Part shown: piece by piece, positions 47,992-58,221 of the stretch
Layout: each line of letters starts with the position of its first letter
Position numbering within the stretch: position 1 is the first letter of the stretch
From: a virus
Taxonomy: Duplodnaviria > Caudoviricetes
Length of the DNA: 58,221 nt
Direction: 5' to 3' (one strand)
Virus record (IMG/VR): IMGVR_UViG_3300048591_001185
Coordinates: 1-58,221 of that record
The notes under the pieces: generated by a model
The model's database searches: none
Told to the model about the DNA's origin: nothing
The model's input: the letters and a program-made list of their open reading frames with translations, nothing else
Translations under genes and position numbers: made by a program

Positions 47992-48968
47992 AAGAAATAT
48001 CAACCAAAAGCAAGTTGGCAGCAGCAATATCTCAAATTGAAAAATTATATGGTAAGGGTTCATTGATTGAATATGGCAAGGGTACAAGTCTTGATATAAA
48101 AGGAATATCAACTGGTTCATTCCTTATCAATGATATAAGTGGTATTGGTGGCATACCTATGGGTAGAATCACTGAAATATATGGCCCAGAATCAAGTGGC
48201 AAGACAACAATGTGTTTACATATTATAGCTGAAGCACAGAAGATGGGAATGAGAGCTGCATTTATAGATGCTGAGCATGCTCTTGACCCAGTTTATGCCA
48301 GGAATATAGGTGTGAATATGGATACATTACTTTTAAGTCAGCCAGATTATGGTGAGCAAGCACTTGACATAGCAAGCAAATTAACTGAGACAGGTGAAGT
48401 TGGTTTAATAATAATTGATTCAGTTGCAGCATTAGTCCCAAAAGCAGAAATTGAAGGTGAGATTGGTGATGCACATATGGCATTGCAGGCAAGAATGATG
48501 AGTCAATCATTAAGAATGATGAATGGTGATATAAAAAAGACCAACACAGCAGTTGTTTTCATTAATCAATTGAGAAGTAAGATAGGTGTGATGTTTGGAA
48601 ATCCTGAGACAACAACAGGTGGCAATGCTTTAAAGTTTTATGCAAGTATGAGAATAGATATCAGAAGGATTGGTGCAATAAAAGAAGGTGAAGAAGTGGT
48701 TGGTAATATAACTAAAGTTAAGATTGCCAAAAGTAAAGTATCATCACCATTTAGAACATGTGAAATTGATATAAGGTATGCTGAAGGTATTGATTGTTAT
48801 TCAGAGTTGATTGAACTTGGTGTGAAGCATAATGTGCTGGAAAAAAGTGGTGCTTGGTATATAATCAATGATAAACATAAGTATCAAGGCAAAGAAAAAA
48901 TTAGACAGGCACTCAAGTCAAATGAAAAATTGTATATTTATTTGAGAAAAAAAATATTTGGTGAATAG
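47988..48968 (+). CDS. recA: RecA recombinase
   Basis: [49 protein letters not shown]. Confidence 0.97.
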   Translation: MKEISTKSKLAAAISQIEKLYGKGSLIEYGKGTSLDIKGISTGSFLINDISGIGGIPMGRITEIYGPESSGKTTMCLHIIAEAQKMGMRAAFIDAEHALDPVYARNIGVNMDTLLLSQPDYGEQALDIASKLTETGEVGLIIIDSVAALVPKAEIEGEIGDAHMALQARMMSQSLRMMNGDIKKTNTAVVFINQLRSKIGVMFGNPETTTGGNALKFYASMRIDIRRIGAIKEGEEVVGNITKVKIAKSKVSSPFRTCEIDIRYAEGIDCYSELIELGVKHNVLEKSGAWYIINDKHKYQGKEKIRQALKSNEKLYIYLRKKIFGE

Positions 48969-49190
48969 ATGTTAGTAAAAAATAAATTCAAGATAACTAA
49001 GACATTTGAAGCCAGTTTGTCAATAATGGCTGACAATAGTTTTGATGATAAGGATAAAAAGAATAATGAGTGGAATGTTAAATTTGTTGATAGTGTTAAG
49101 AATCTTGACTATACTCAATTATCAAGTAAGCAAAAAGTAATTCTTACTAATATATGCCAATTATTAAGGAAGCAAGGATATATAAGATGA
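48969..49190 (+). CDS. Hypothetical protein
   Basis: Coupled to recA; LSSKQK motif. Confidence 0.5.
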   Translation: MLVKNKFKITKTFEASLSIMADNSFDDKDKKNNEWNVKFVDSVKNLDYTQLSSKQKVILTNICQLLRKQGYIR

Positions 49191-49621
49191 AGAAAAATTA
49201 TAGAAGTATAGGTGGTTTGCCTATTTTTCAAAAAGCAAATATGGAATGTAAATATTTTTGTGATTTTTCAAGAGAAGAAAAATTTGATGAATGCACTTGT
49301 CCAATAGCAAGAGTGTACTTGCAAAAGAATAATTATGGTTCAATAATAAACTGCCCAACAGGTAAAGATGAATGCCCAATAATGAAAAGTCAAAATGAAA
49401 AGGACATAGAATTTATTGAAAAATATATTAACAAATTTTATGAAGGTGGCTGGGTTCATGTAAGTAAAAAGCATGTTAAATTAATATTGGAAAAGAAGTT
49501 GGCATTGAATAGTAAAAAATATTTATTATTGCTTTTTAATTATTTTGGTTTTCGTGATGTAAAGGATGACAATTTGGTGGATGGAATAGTGTTTAATAAT
49601 CTTAAGATAAAGGTTGATTGA
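49187..49621 (+). CDS. Cys-rich hypothetical protein
   Basis: ATGA overlap; several Cys residues. Confidence 0.5.
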   Translation: MKKNYRSIGGLPIFQKANMECKYFCDFSREEKFDECTCPIARVYLQKNNYGSIINCPTGKDECPIMKSQNEKDIEFIEKYINKFYEGGWVHVSKKHVKLILEKKLALNSKKYLLLLFNYFGFRDVKDDNLVDGIVFNNLKIKVD

Positions 49622-50744
49622 TATGGTTGGTTTTATACATACTGCTGATATACATTTATATGATAATCATAAATACAGCATAGATGGCTCAAGATTAAAA
49701 GCTATTTATAAAAATTTGCTCAGAATGATTAAATATATAAGTAAAAAAACTTGTGATGTTAAAATTATAATAATTGCTGGTGATATTTTTCATACTTACA
49801 ATCCACCAGAGAATCTTATCAAATTATTTAGCAAGTTTATAAAGATTGCTGCTAAACATGGGGTGTTAGTAAGAGTGATAACAGGCAACCATGATACCAA
49901 TGGAATAAATTATGCCTTTGAAAGTTTAGCTAATATAAATGACTTGACAGGGCAGAGTAATATGTTGAAAGTTTTTCCAATTAAAGATGGTCAGGCAATA
50001 TATGCTGAAATTATAGAGAATATTAATTTTGTATATGTACCTTGGCAAGAAAATTTAAGCAAAATATTAAGAGAAGCAACAAAGTTAAGAATAAAAGATA
50101 AATTTAATATTTTAACTACACATTGTGCTGTTGATGGGGCATTGACTAACAGTGATTATGAAATGAAAAATACAAAGATAACAAAATCATTGTTGTCAGG
50201 CTGGGATTATGTTGCTCTTGGTGATTTTCATACTTACCAAAGAATTGATGAAAATATTTATTATAGTGGTAATATAAGTAAAACTGTTTGGGATGAAAGA
50301 CATGCTGATAAGGCATTTAACTATGTAGAAATTGATTCATTAACAGGGGTGAATATAAATAAAGTAAAATTGCCTGATAGTGAGTTCATTGAGTTGAAGA
50401 TTGATTACAAACAGATTAAGGAATATCTTGAAGATGATGTAACTGAAATTAATGGTAAGGCAATCAAAGGTTCATTCATAAAATTATTTGTACACAATCA
50501 ATTAGGATATGGTGAAAAGGTTATTGAATTAAAGAAACATTTTATTAAGTGTGGAGCAATGGATGTTTATTTTAAGATAATAAAAAGTGTTGAAGGACAT
50601 TCTGTAAAGAGTAATGATGATGGTGAATTAAATATTAATTTAGACTTAAGGTCTGTGTGTGATTTATTTTTGGAAAGGAATGGAATTAAAAATGTTAATT
50701 ATAAAAAATATTTAGAAAATAAAATAATGGAAAACATGTTGTAA
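49614..50744 (+). CDS. sbcD: SbcD/Mre11-like metallophosphoesterase nuclease
   Basis: HTADIH, AGDIFH, GNHD, ALGDFH, YYSG. Confidence 0.9.
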   Translation: MIDMVGFIHTADIHLYDNHKYSIDGSRLKAIYKNLLRMIKYISKKTCDVKIIIIAGDIFHTYNPPENLIKLFSKFIKIAAKHGVLVRVITGNHDTNGINYAFESLANINDLTGQSNMLKVFPIKDGQAIYAEIIENINFVYVPWQENLSKILREATKLRIKDKFNILTTHCAVDGALTNSDYEMKNTKITKSLLSGWDYVALGDFHTYQRIDENIYYSGNISKTVWDERHADKAFNYVEIDSLTGVNINKVKLPDSEFIELKIDYKQIKEYLEDDVTEINGKAIKGSFIKLFVHNQLGYGEKVIELKKHFIKCGAMDVYFKIIKSVEGHSVKSNDDGELNINLDLRSVCDLFLERNGIKNVNYKKYLENKIMENML

Positions 50745-51073
50745 TGTATAAACTATGGGATATATTAAAACCACTGGAAAATTTTATTGATTTCAAAGTA
50801 TTGGAGCAAAAAATATTAACACTCCAAGAAATGGTAAATCAAGGGTTGGCAAATGATAAGGTAATTGATGCTATGAAGAATAATGATATCTGTATTTCAG
50901 CAGTTTTCAATAGTAAAGAAAAGATGCATAAATTATTTATAAAGGGTATAAAGATAGATAATGTTAAAAAAGATTTATTAACAGGATTGAGTGATATTGA
51001 TGTGAAAGATGTAATGATTGATAATGTTAGTTTTATTGAAAATAAAGATAAATTGTTGGGTATAATTTTATGA
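50744..51073 (+). CDS. Hypothetical protein between sbcD and sbcC
   Basis: Coupled ORF. Confidence 0.55.
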   Translation: MYKLWDILKPLENFIDFKVLEQKILTLQEMVNQGLANDKVIDAMKNNDICISAVFNSKEKMHKLFIKGIKIDNVKKDLLTGLSDIDVKDVMIDNVSFIENKDKLLGIIL

Positions 51074-53124
51074 AATTAAAGACACTAAAATTCAAAAATT
51101 TGTTTTCATATGAAAGGGGTGAAATAAATTTAGGTGAACTTGATTTGACTTTATTTAAAGGAATAAATGGAGCAGGAAAATCAAGCACATTTGATGTATT
51201 GTGTTGGGTGTTATATGGCACTACAGCAAGAAAGAAATATAAAAACATATTAAGAAATTCACCAGATAAACCTAAAAATGGTTATGCTGTTATTGATTTT
51301 ACAGTTGATGATGGTACTGTTTATAAAATAGAAAGGGGCATTGGTGTTAAAAAATTTTTCAGATTGTATAAGGATGATTTAGTACAAAAGTTTAGAACAT
51401 CAACTATGATACAAGATGAGATTGTAAAAATAATTGGTGTTGATTATAAGACATTTTTAAATATAGCTTATTTCAGTCAAGGGGATGTTGGTAAATTTTT
51501 AACATCTGAATCTGGTGAAAGAATAAATATCATAACAGATATGTTATCAGAGTTGGGTGATATTGATAAACTGAAAAAAAGTATTGACTATGATGCCAAG
51601 AAAATATCATATGAAACAGAGAATTTGAAAGGGCAATTATTAGCACACAAGGAAATAATATCAGGTGTTGATATATTGAAACTGAAAAAAGAAATTAAGA
51701 TGAAAGAATCATCAATCAGTAAATATACTGAACAATTAGTTGAATTTTCTCAAGTTCTTTCAATGTTTAATGAGAAAAAAGAATTTACTGAACAATTGGA
51801 AAAATTACAAAATGAAAAGGGTGAATATGTTGAAGATGTTAAGACTGAACTTGAGCAAATAAATAAAAGTATAAAAGGTTTGGAAGGTAAGAAAGGCAGT
51901 GAAGTAGAATTAAATAAAAAATATAATTCAATAATTGCAGAGCTGAATAAATTAGGTAATATTAAGAGTGATTATGAGTTGAATAAAAAAGAAATTTCTA
52001 TACTTGAAGAAAAAAATATTGAGTATAAAACTTCAATTGAATATAATGTGAAGGAAATTTCTGCCCTTGAAAAAGTAATGAAAATGAAAAATTCAACTTG
52101 TCCAACTTGTAAGAGTATCATAGATGATGAAAATATTAAACATTTAAGCACTCTATCAGGCTCAAGGCAGAATGAAAATAAAGTATTCAATAAAAGTATT
52201 GCTGAAAATTTAAAGTTGCTTAAAAACCATTATAGTACAAGGGAAAAATTAGAAAATAAGATTGGGGATATCAATAAACTTAATTCAAAAAAAACAGATA
52301 TTAAGAATGAGCTACAAAACTTGAAAAATTTATCTGATGATATTAATCAATTGAAAGTACATTATAGGAATAAGAAAAGCAAGTCAAAGGAAAAAATTGA
52401 AAATTATAAACTGAAAATAAAGCAAACAAAAGATGATTTGAGTTATTTGGTAAAATATAATTTAGATGATTATGATAGTGTTAAGTCAAGTTATCATAAA
52501 TATGATATATTGATGCAAGAAATGGAAGATGCCATTAAAAAGGAAAAAATAACAGCTGATAATTATTATAGGTCAGTGAAAAAAATAACAGAAATAGAAA
52601 AAGAATTGAATGAGTATAATGATGATGAAAAGGTGATAAGTTTTTGGAGTGTTGCCTTACCTAAAATAAAGGTTGACATGATTGCTGGTATTATTCCATT
52701 TCTTGAATCTGAGAGTAATAAATATTTGAGTCAAATACTGCCAGGTAAAATGGTGAAGTTCATTGCTGATTCAGGTAAAGCTAATAATAAATTGGATGTT
52801 ATGATTTATGATATTGAAAATAATGTTGAAAGGATATATGAAGGTTGGAGTGGTGGTGAAAAAAGTAAGATGTCTATCAGTGTTTATTTAGCACTCAATA
52901 AATTAGCATCACTGAGAAGTGGTAAGACAATTGATTTTCTTATATTAGATGAGAAGTTTTCAGAAATAGATTATGAAAGCAGGATGACATTGATGGAAAT
53001 GCTGAAGAATGAATACAAAGGCAGAAAAATTTGGGCAATAAGTCATGTTGAAAATTTAGATAGTGAGTTCAATCAGATAGTAAAAGCACAAAAGATTAAT
53101 GGTATATCAAAATTGGTGGTGTAA
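51070..53124 (+). CDS. sbcC: SbcC/Rad50-like SMC ATPase
   Basis: GINGAGKS, FSQG, CPTC zinc hook, WSGGE, ILDE, ISH. Confidence 0.92.
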   Translation: MKLKTLKFKNLFSYERGEINLGELDLTLFKGINGAGKSSTFDVLCWVLYGTTARKKYKNILRNSPDKPKNGYAVIDFTVDDGTVYKIERGIGVKKFFRLYKDDLVQKFRTSTMIQDEIVKIIGVDYKTFLNIAYFSQGDVGKFLTSESGERINIITDMLSELGDIDKLKKSIDYDAKKISYETENLKGQLLAHKEIISGVDILKLKKEIKMKESSISKYTEQLVEFSQVLSMFNEKKEFTEQLEKLQNEKGEYVEDVKTELEQINKSIKGLEGKKGSEVELNKKYNSIIAELNKLGNIKSDYELNKKEISILEEKNIEYKTSIEYNVKEISALEKVMKMKNSTCPTCKSIIDDENIKHLSTLSGSRQNENKVFNKSIAENLKLLKNHYSTREKLENKIGDINKLNSKKTDIKNELQNLKNLSDDINQLKVHYRNKKSKSKEKIENYKLKIKQTKDDLSYLVKYNLDDYDSVKSSYHKYDILMQEMEDAIKKEKITADNYYRSVKKITEIEKELNEYNDDEKVISFWSVALPKIKVDMIAGIIPFLESESNKYLSQILPGKMVKFIADSGKANNKLDVMIYDIENNVERIYEGWSGGEKSKMSISVYLALNKLASLRSGKTIDFLILDEKFSEIDYESRMTLMEMLKNEYKGRKIWAISHVENLDSEFNQIVKAQKINGISKLVV

Positions 53125-53594
53125 TGAAATTCAATATTTTAAAGGATGTAGGTGGTGAAGATTTATTTGGGAAAATGTTAAGAGTAATAATACTTGAAAA
53201 AAAATTAAAACAAAAACAGCTTGCTATCATGATAGGAAAATGTGAACAGCAAATACAAAGATATGAGTCATTAGATGATAGTCCAAATAAGCAAATGCCA
53301 CCATTAAATGTTTTTAAAGATTTGTGTATTGCTCTACAAGTATCACCTGAAAGATTATTGGGCTTAGAATTTGTTGTATCAGATAAGCCATTGAAATCAG
53401 GAATTGGAATTATATATGAATGGAAGTTAGTTAAGGATAAATTATATTGGACTTGTCCTGAGTGTAACAGGAAAAATATAATATATAATGATTTTAGTAA
53501 AAATAAAAAAATTTTGAAGGAACAAGAATTTTTGTGTGAATATGATGACTGTGGTAAATTTTTTAATAAATTAAGTGAAATTAAAAATGGATAA
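53124..53594 (+). CDS. XRE-family HTH protein with a C-terminal zinc ribbon
   Basis: KQKQLAIMIGKCEQQIQRYE; CPEC..CEYDDC. Confidence 0.75.
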   Translation: MKFNILKDVGGEDLFGKMLRVIILEKKLKQKQLAIMIGKCEQQIQRYESLDDSPNKQMPPLNVFKDLCIALQVSPERLLGLEFVVSDKPLKSGIGIIYEWKLVKDKLYWTCPECNRKNIIYNDFSKNKKILKEQEFLCEYDDCGKFFNKLSEIKNG

Positions 53595-54141
53595 ATATTT
53601 ATTTTGTATTGATGCTGGTTTTGTTAGCACTGGTTTGTCAATATTTTTAGTTGAAAATGGTAAATTAATTTTCAATAATTGTCTGACAATACAAACTAAA
53701 AAATCTGAAAAAAAGAAATCAGTAAGAGTTGCTGATGATGATTCTGAAAGAATAAAAAATATAATAATAGGAATAAATGAATTTATTGACCCTTATTTGA
53801 ATCATAGTTTAATGGCTGCAGTTGAATTACCAACTGGTGGAGCACAGGGTGCCAGAGCTAATAGAACAATGGGAATGATAACAGGTTCAATAGTTACTTA
53901 TTTAGAAATTATGGGATGGCCAACAGAATATGTTAGTCCAAATGATGTTAAAATTGCTGTGACAGGCAGTAGAAAAGCAAGCAAAGATGAAATAATGGAA
54001 AAAATAAAAAAAGAGTTTATTAATTTTGAATATTTGTTCCCAAAGACAAAAAGTAAATTTGAGCATATAGCTGACAGCATTGGTTGTGCAGTTCATATAA
54101 AAAGACATAGTGAGATGTTTAAAATGTTTTCAAAAAAATAA
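53587..54141 (+). CDS. ruvC: RuvC-like Holliday junction resolvase
   Basis: CIDAG..TG, AVELP, SPNDVKIAVTG..ASKDEI, HIADS. Confidence 0.85.
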   Translation: MDKYLFCIDAGFVSTGLSIFLVENGKLIFNNCLTIQTKKSEKKKSVRVADDDSERIKNIIIGINEFIDPYLNHSLMAAVELPTGGAQGARANRTMGMITGSIVTYLEIMGWPTEYVSPNDVKIAVTGSRKASKDEIMEKIKKEFINFEYLFPKTKSKFEHIADSIGCAVHIKRHSEMFKMFSKK

Positions 54142-54158
54142 ACAAGGAATGTAAAAAA

Positions 54159-54401
54159 ATGAAAAGATTTTTGATTTTAGAAATAAAGGGTTCAAAAGAT
54201 GAAATAAAATTCATATATGAACTTGATTATTATACTGAAGAAAGAATAAAAGATGAAATTTTTCTTACAGCACACGTAAAAAATAATAGCAGTGTAAAAA
54301 GTATATTAGTAGGTGAAAACATATCAGAAATGAAAAATGAACAATTGAATTTATTCAATGAAGAAAATAAGGGAAATAAAGATGACCAGATATTTGAGTG
54401 A
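54159..54401 (+). CDS. Hypothetical protein
   Basis: AAGGA SD. Confidence 0.5.
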   Translation: MKRFLILEIKGSKDEIKFIYELDYYTEERIKDEIFLTAHVKNNSSVKSILVGENISEMKNEQLNLFNEENKGNKDDQIFE

Positions 54402-54729
54402 AGACAGAGCACCACTTGAGTTTACTAAACCAAGTAAAAAACAAAAGGTGGTTGGCTGTCCATATTGTAAAAAAGGTAGAAATGTTTCTATTAATTGGGT
54501 GGCAGGAATATGTTCTGGATGTAATTCTTATTTTAGTATTGATATGGCTATTGATGAAAAAGATTGTGATAATTTTTTGAATCAGAATGTTCCTATTAAT
54601 AAAGAGTACACAAATATGAAAACCAAGATGGAAAAAGAAGCATATGAATATAAAGAGAAGGTGCTTGATAAAAAAAGTCAAGGTAAGCTGAGAAAACATG
54701 AACCAGGTGGGGATGATGGTTATTGGTAG
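54382..54729 (+). CDS. Zinc-ribbon hypothetical protein
   Basis: CPYC..CSGC. Confidence 0.55.
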   Translation: MTRYLSEDRAPLEFTKPSKKQKVVGCPYCKKGRNVSINWVAGICSGCNSYFSIDMAIDEKDCDNFLNQNVPINKEYTNMKTKMEKEAYEYKEKVLDKKSQGKLRKHEPGGDDGYW

Positions 54730-54772
54730 TTTGATTTGTATATTAAATAGAAACAGTAAAGGAATAGAAAAA

Positions 54773-55018
54773 ATGTTAAAAGTGACAAACAGTGAACCAA
54801 AAGAAATGTTGAATTTTTGTGATGTTGGGTGTAGATTTAAAGGTGAAATTCATTCAACTCAATTTGGCGGTATATTTAGTACGTGTTTGAAGATGGGAGG
54901 TGATATTTTTATAAGACCAATAAAAAAGGAAAATAATATCATTATTGGGGAATTTGTTGCTATTGAAGGATGTGGTGAAAAAACAGAAGTTTTTGAAGCA
55001 TTGAAATTTATTGACTAA
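54773..55018 (+). CDS. Hypothetical protein
   Basis: AAGGA SD and upstream TTGTATATTA. Confidence 0.5.
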   Translation: MLKVTNSEPKEMLNFCDVGCRFKGEIHSTQFGGIFSTCLKMGGDIFIRPIKKENNIIIGEFVAIEGCGEKTEVFEALKFID

Positions 55019-55582
55019 ATGAATAAGGATATTAAAGTGGAAACAAAAAAATTACAAAAAGAAATTTATCAATGGAAGCTGAACAATTTTGGTAATAAGG
55101 CTGGTAATGGTCATCAGAATTTATTAGGTGTGATTGAAGAAATTGGTGAGTTGGCTCATGCTGTATTAAAAAAAGAACAGGGGATAAGAAATAATGAAGA
55201 ACATAATGATTTGATGAAAGATGCTATTGGTGATATATTTATATTTTTGATGAATTATTTAAGTGATATGGGAATTGAATTTGATATGCCATTTGTATTT
55301 TATGATATTTCTGTTTGTGATGTTAGGGATGAAGTCAATGTAATGAATATTTATTCAACAGCTAATGACCTTGTAAGTTTTCACTCAACCATGGAAACAT
55401 TCAATATGAATTTTAGTTGTCCACCAACAAAAATATCAGTTTATTCTAAAATGTTGGTGAAAGAACTGATGTTTTTTTGCTGTTGTAAGAGTTGGGATTT
55501 TGAAAAAATAGTTATTGAGACTTGGGAGCAAGTAAAGAAAAGAAATTGGAAAGAAAATAAAATAAATGGAGTAAATAAATAA
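55019..55582 (+). CDS. MazG-like nucleotide pyrophosphohydrolase
   Basis: EEIGELAHA..DAIGDI..VKKRNW. Confidence 0.75.
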   Translation: MNKDIKVETKKLQKEIYQWKLNNFGNKAGNGHQNLLGVIEEIGELAHAVLKKEQGIRNNEEHNDLMKDAIGDIFIFLMNYLSDMGIEFDMPFVFYDISVCDVRDEVNVMNIYSTANDLVSFHSTMETFNMNFSCPPTKISVYSKMLVKELMFFCCCKSWDFEKIVIETWEQVKKRNWKENKINGVNK

Positions 55583-56199
55583 TGCCCAATAGAACACCTG
55601 AAGCAAGAAAGATGATTGACTCATTGCCTATAAAAGAGCCTGATACAATGTGCCGAGCAAGAACTGCTTCAGGCTATTGCAAAATGCCAGCAGGATTCAG
55701 AACTGACCATGTTGGTAATGGAAGGTGTTATTTACACGGTGGTAGGGCAGGGAAACCAATATCACATGGATTGTATTCAAAGAAGTTGAAATCAACATTA
55801 AAAGATGAATATGATAAGATGGTAAATGACCCAGCATTGGTTGACCTTTATGCTGAATTTGCTCTTACAAAATCTTTGATGATGAATTTTATAGATAGCA
55901 TACAAGAGAACATTGATAACAGTGTAAACATCTGGGTTAGTTCTAATAGATTTGGTGAAGATGTTCTGTCACCACAAGCAAAAGCATTAATTTCAATGTT
56001 AGAGACAATAAGTAGAATATTTACCAGAATAACTGATGCTGAAACAAAAACTAAAAATACATTAAACATGAAGCAGGTATATGCCATTGTCACTCAAATT
56101 AAAAATGCTTTGAATGATACTTGTGGTGAATGCCCTGTTAGACATTCATTGGGTGATAGATTGAAAAGTTTGAAAGCACCTAATATGGATGAACAATAG
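55582..56199 (+). CDS. HGGxSTG-like domain protein (terminase small subunit-like)
   Basis: CRART..CKMPAG..GRCYLHGG..HGLYS. Confidence 0.55.
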   Translation: MPNRTPEARKMIDSLPIKEPDTMCRARTASGYCKMPAGFRTDHVGNGRCYLHGGRAGKPISHGLYSKKLKSTLKDEYDKMVNDPALVDLYAEFALTKSLMMNFIDSIQENIDNSVNIWVSSNRFGEDVLSPQAKALISMLETISRIFTRITDAETKTKNTLNMKQVYAIVTQIKNALNDTCGECPVRHSLGDRLKSLKAPNMDEQ

Positions 56200-56236
56200 A
56201 AAAATAATCAATAAACTAATAAACAATGGAGTAAAT

Positions 56237-56527
56237 ATGTCATTTAGACAAAAAATGAAAGAAAATCTTAAACCAGGCAGTCAAGTAACATTAATTAAAG
56301 GTGGACTTGAATATGTAGGCAAAGTTATTTCAATTGATTTTATGAATCCTGCAGATTCAAATGTAGTTATTATAAATGAAGATAAACAATTGATTACAAT
56401 GTCATTGGGACAAGATGTTGTAATAATTAATGATGCAGCATCAAAGGAAGCTGATAAAGATGATGATGAAACTGAAGATGAAATTGAACAACCTGTTAAA
56501 AATAAAACAGTAAAGAAAAGAAAATGA
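56237..56527 (+). CDS. Hypothetical protein
   Basis: GGAG SD before ATG 56237. Confidence 0.55.
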   Translation: MSFRQKMKENLKPGSQVTLIKGGLEYVGKVISIDFMNPADSNVVIINEDKQLITMSLGQDVVIINDAASKEADKDDDETEDEIEQPVKNKTVKKRK

Positions 56528-57000
56528 GTGATGCAGATAAAAAAGCAATTATCATAATTTCAATTATTAAGACAATTGCAGAAGTAACTGGTGTAACTGG
56601 TGATAAACAAAATGAAACTGTTGATATTACAAACAAAGTGCTTGATAGTTATTCAGGCACTTTGAATCAACATGATTTAAACAAAATAGAATATATACTT
56701 ACAGAAATATTCAAAGAGCTTATTAAACAAAATTTTATTATCAATGCTGATGTGCTTTATTCAGTTATGATTTTCTTTTCAGAAAAATATCTTCAATTTA
56801 TAAAGTTTGAACCAAAGAAAAAAATATGGAATGAACTTTATGAATTTGCTAATGACAAAATATCCAAAAAATTTGATGACCCATTATTGATTGATAAGGC
56901 TGATGAAGTTGTTGATTGGATAAGTGATAGGCTGAAAGGGAATTTGGATGATGGATATAATAAACATTATAAAAAGAATAGGTATAGAAAAAATAAATGA
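56524..57000 (+). CDS. Hypothetical protein
   Basis: Coupled ORF. Confidence 0.55.
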   Translation: MSDADKKAIIIISIIKTIAEVTGVTGDKQNETVDITNKVLDSYSGTLNQHDLNKIEYILTEIFKELIKQNFIINADVLYSVMIFFSEKYLQFIKFEPKKKIWNELYEFANDKISKKFDDPLLIDKADEVVDWISDRLKGNLDDGYNKHYKKNRYRKNK

Positions 57001-57455
57001 AAAAATACAACAGATTAATAAAAATAATATCAGGTGGTCAAACTGGTGTGGATATAGCAGGGTTAGAATTTGCTAAAGAAATAGGGCTTGAAACAGGTGG
57101 ATTTGCACCAAATGATTTTGTAACAGAAAAGGGTAAAAATTTTGATTTAGAAAAGATATATGGTCTGAAAGATTCTGGTAAAGGGTATGCAGAAAGAACT
57201 AAAATGAATGTGAATGATTCAGATGGTACTTTATTGTTTATAGAAAAAACTTCACCTGGTTCAGTGTTGACTTTGAATGCTTGTAGAAAATTAAGAAAAC
57301 CATGTTTGGTTTCTTTTGATACAGAAAAAATAGTCAAATTTCTGAATGAAAACAATATAAAAATTATCAACATAGCTGGTAATAGAGAAAGTGTATCACC
57401 AGGAATATGTGAAAGGGTGAAACAAAAATTAAGAAGTGTGATAACTAATGAATAA
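56997..57455 (+). CDS. YpsA/SLOG-family ('putative molybdenum carrier') protein
   Basis: IISGGQTGVD, TGGFAP, RTKMNVNDSDGTL, NIAGNRES. Confidence 0.8.
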   Translation: MKKYNRLIKIISGGQTGVDIAGLEFAKEIGLETGGFAPNDFVTEKGKNFDLEKIYGLKDSGKGYAERTKMNVNDSDGTLLFIEKTSPGSVLTLNACRKLRKPCLVSFDTEKIVKFLNENNIKIINIAGNRESVSPGICERVKQKLRSVITNE

Positions 57456-57468
57456 AAAAAGATAAAAT

Positions 57469-58221
57469 ATGCCAAGTCTGAATGGAATAAATAAAACATT
57501 TAATAATATTGTAATATTGATTGATGGTATGAACATGTTTCATCGTCAATATTATGCATTTAATCAATATGAGTTTGGAACTGCTTATGGTTTTTTGAAT
57601 GCATTGATGAAATTTTCAAAAGACTTAGGTGTTAATAAATTTATTGTTTGTTGGGATGGTGATAAAAATTGGAGAGCTGATTCCAATAGCACATATAAGG
57701 AAACAAGAAAAATACAAAGAAAACAATATACTGAAGAAGAAAAAATCCAATTTAATAAGGCATTAAAAACAACTAAAGAATTATTGACAAATTTAGGTGT
57801 TGTACAAATGTTGGATGAAAAGTATGAAGCTGATGACTTGATAGCATACTTTGTTAATATGTATAAAACTGATGTGACAATAGTAAGCAATGATAAAGAT
57901 TTTTTGCAATTGGTGGATGATGAGAAAAATATAAAGGTATTGAAACCAATTGGTAAAGGTGAATATAAGTTATTGGATGAGAAAAATGTAAAAATAGAAT
58001 TTGGTGTTGAACCAAAGGATATAACAAAATTCTTAGCAATAGCTGGTGATACATCAGATAATGTAAAAGGTGTATATAAAATGGGCAGGATAAAAGCAAT
58101 TAAATTAATAAATGAAGGTAAAATTGTTAAAAGTAAATTAAAAGAAATATTCAACAAAGAACAATTACATCAGTTCATTGAAAGTTATAAGTTGGTTAAG
58201 TTGGGTGATGATAGGATACAT
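57469..58221 (+). CDS. 5'-3' exonuclease/flap endonuclease (PolA N-terminal-like), 3'-truncated
   Basis: Manual translation: LIDGMNMFHR, CWDG, YKETR, EADDLIA, SNDKDFLQL, GDTSDNVKGV; absent from the ORF track because it runs off the window. Confidence 0.9.
   Translation, partial: MPSLNGINKTFNNIVILIDGMNMFHRQYYAFNQYEFGTAYGFLNALMKFSKDLGVNKFIVCWDGDKNWRADSNSTYKETRKIQRKQYTEEEKIQFNKALKTTKELLTNLGVVQMLDEKYEADDLIAYFVNMYKTDVTIVSNDKDFLQLVDDEKNIKVLKPIGKGEYKLLDEKNVKIEFGVEPKDITKFLAIAGDTSDNVKGVYKMGRIKAIKLINEGKIVKSKLKEIFNKEQLHQFIESYKLVKLGDDRIH

Noticed and set aside
1-58221. Minus-strand and nested alternative-frame ORFs in the track (e.g. 33711-34211, 57038-57499, 57585-58157)
   Set aside because: They are shadows of well-supported + strand genes and have no recognisable motifs; 57585-58157 is antisense to the 5'-3' exonuclease.
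1-58221. Stop-codon reassignment
   Set aside because: Long conserved genes are intact under code 11, and TAA, TGA and TAG all end genes at sensible positions.
1-58221. tRNA, rRNA, integrase or host genes
   Set aside because: None recognised by eye; recA, dnaE and sbcCD sit in a phage-type context, so no prophage boundary is visible.

Overview
A 58 kb piece of a large, AT-rich, siphovirus-like dsDNA phage genome. All credible genes are on the + strand and use the standard bacterial code. Gene order: (1) a seven-gene glycosyltransferase/methyltransferase/GNAT cassette next to the head-tail joining genes; (2) the tail module (tube, frameshifted chaperone, tape measure, tail tip proteins, SGNH-type receptor-binding protein); (3) SNF2 helicase, DnaB and primase; (4) a presumed early region of small genes, a DUF932 protein and a sigma factor; (5) a putative nucleotide/sugar-modification operon (UGM-like flavoenzyme, dUTPase-like+HAD, SDR, Nmad1, variant ThyX); (6) DnaE carrying two HNH inteins; (7) recombination and repair genes (UvsY-like, SSB, RecA, SbcCD, RuvC, 5'-3' exonuclease). 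The main unexplained signals are three variant hammerhead ribozymes in the 5' leaders of early-region genes, near-total CpG depletion (GATC and CTAG are also rare), a recurring TTGTATATTA promoter-like motif and a fixed-spacing bipartite intergenic element. Protein calls come from motif recognition by eye, not database searches.
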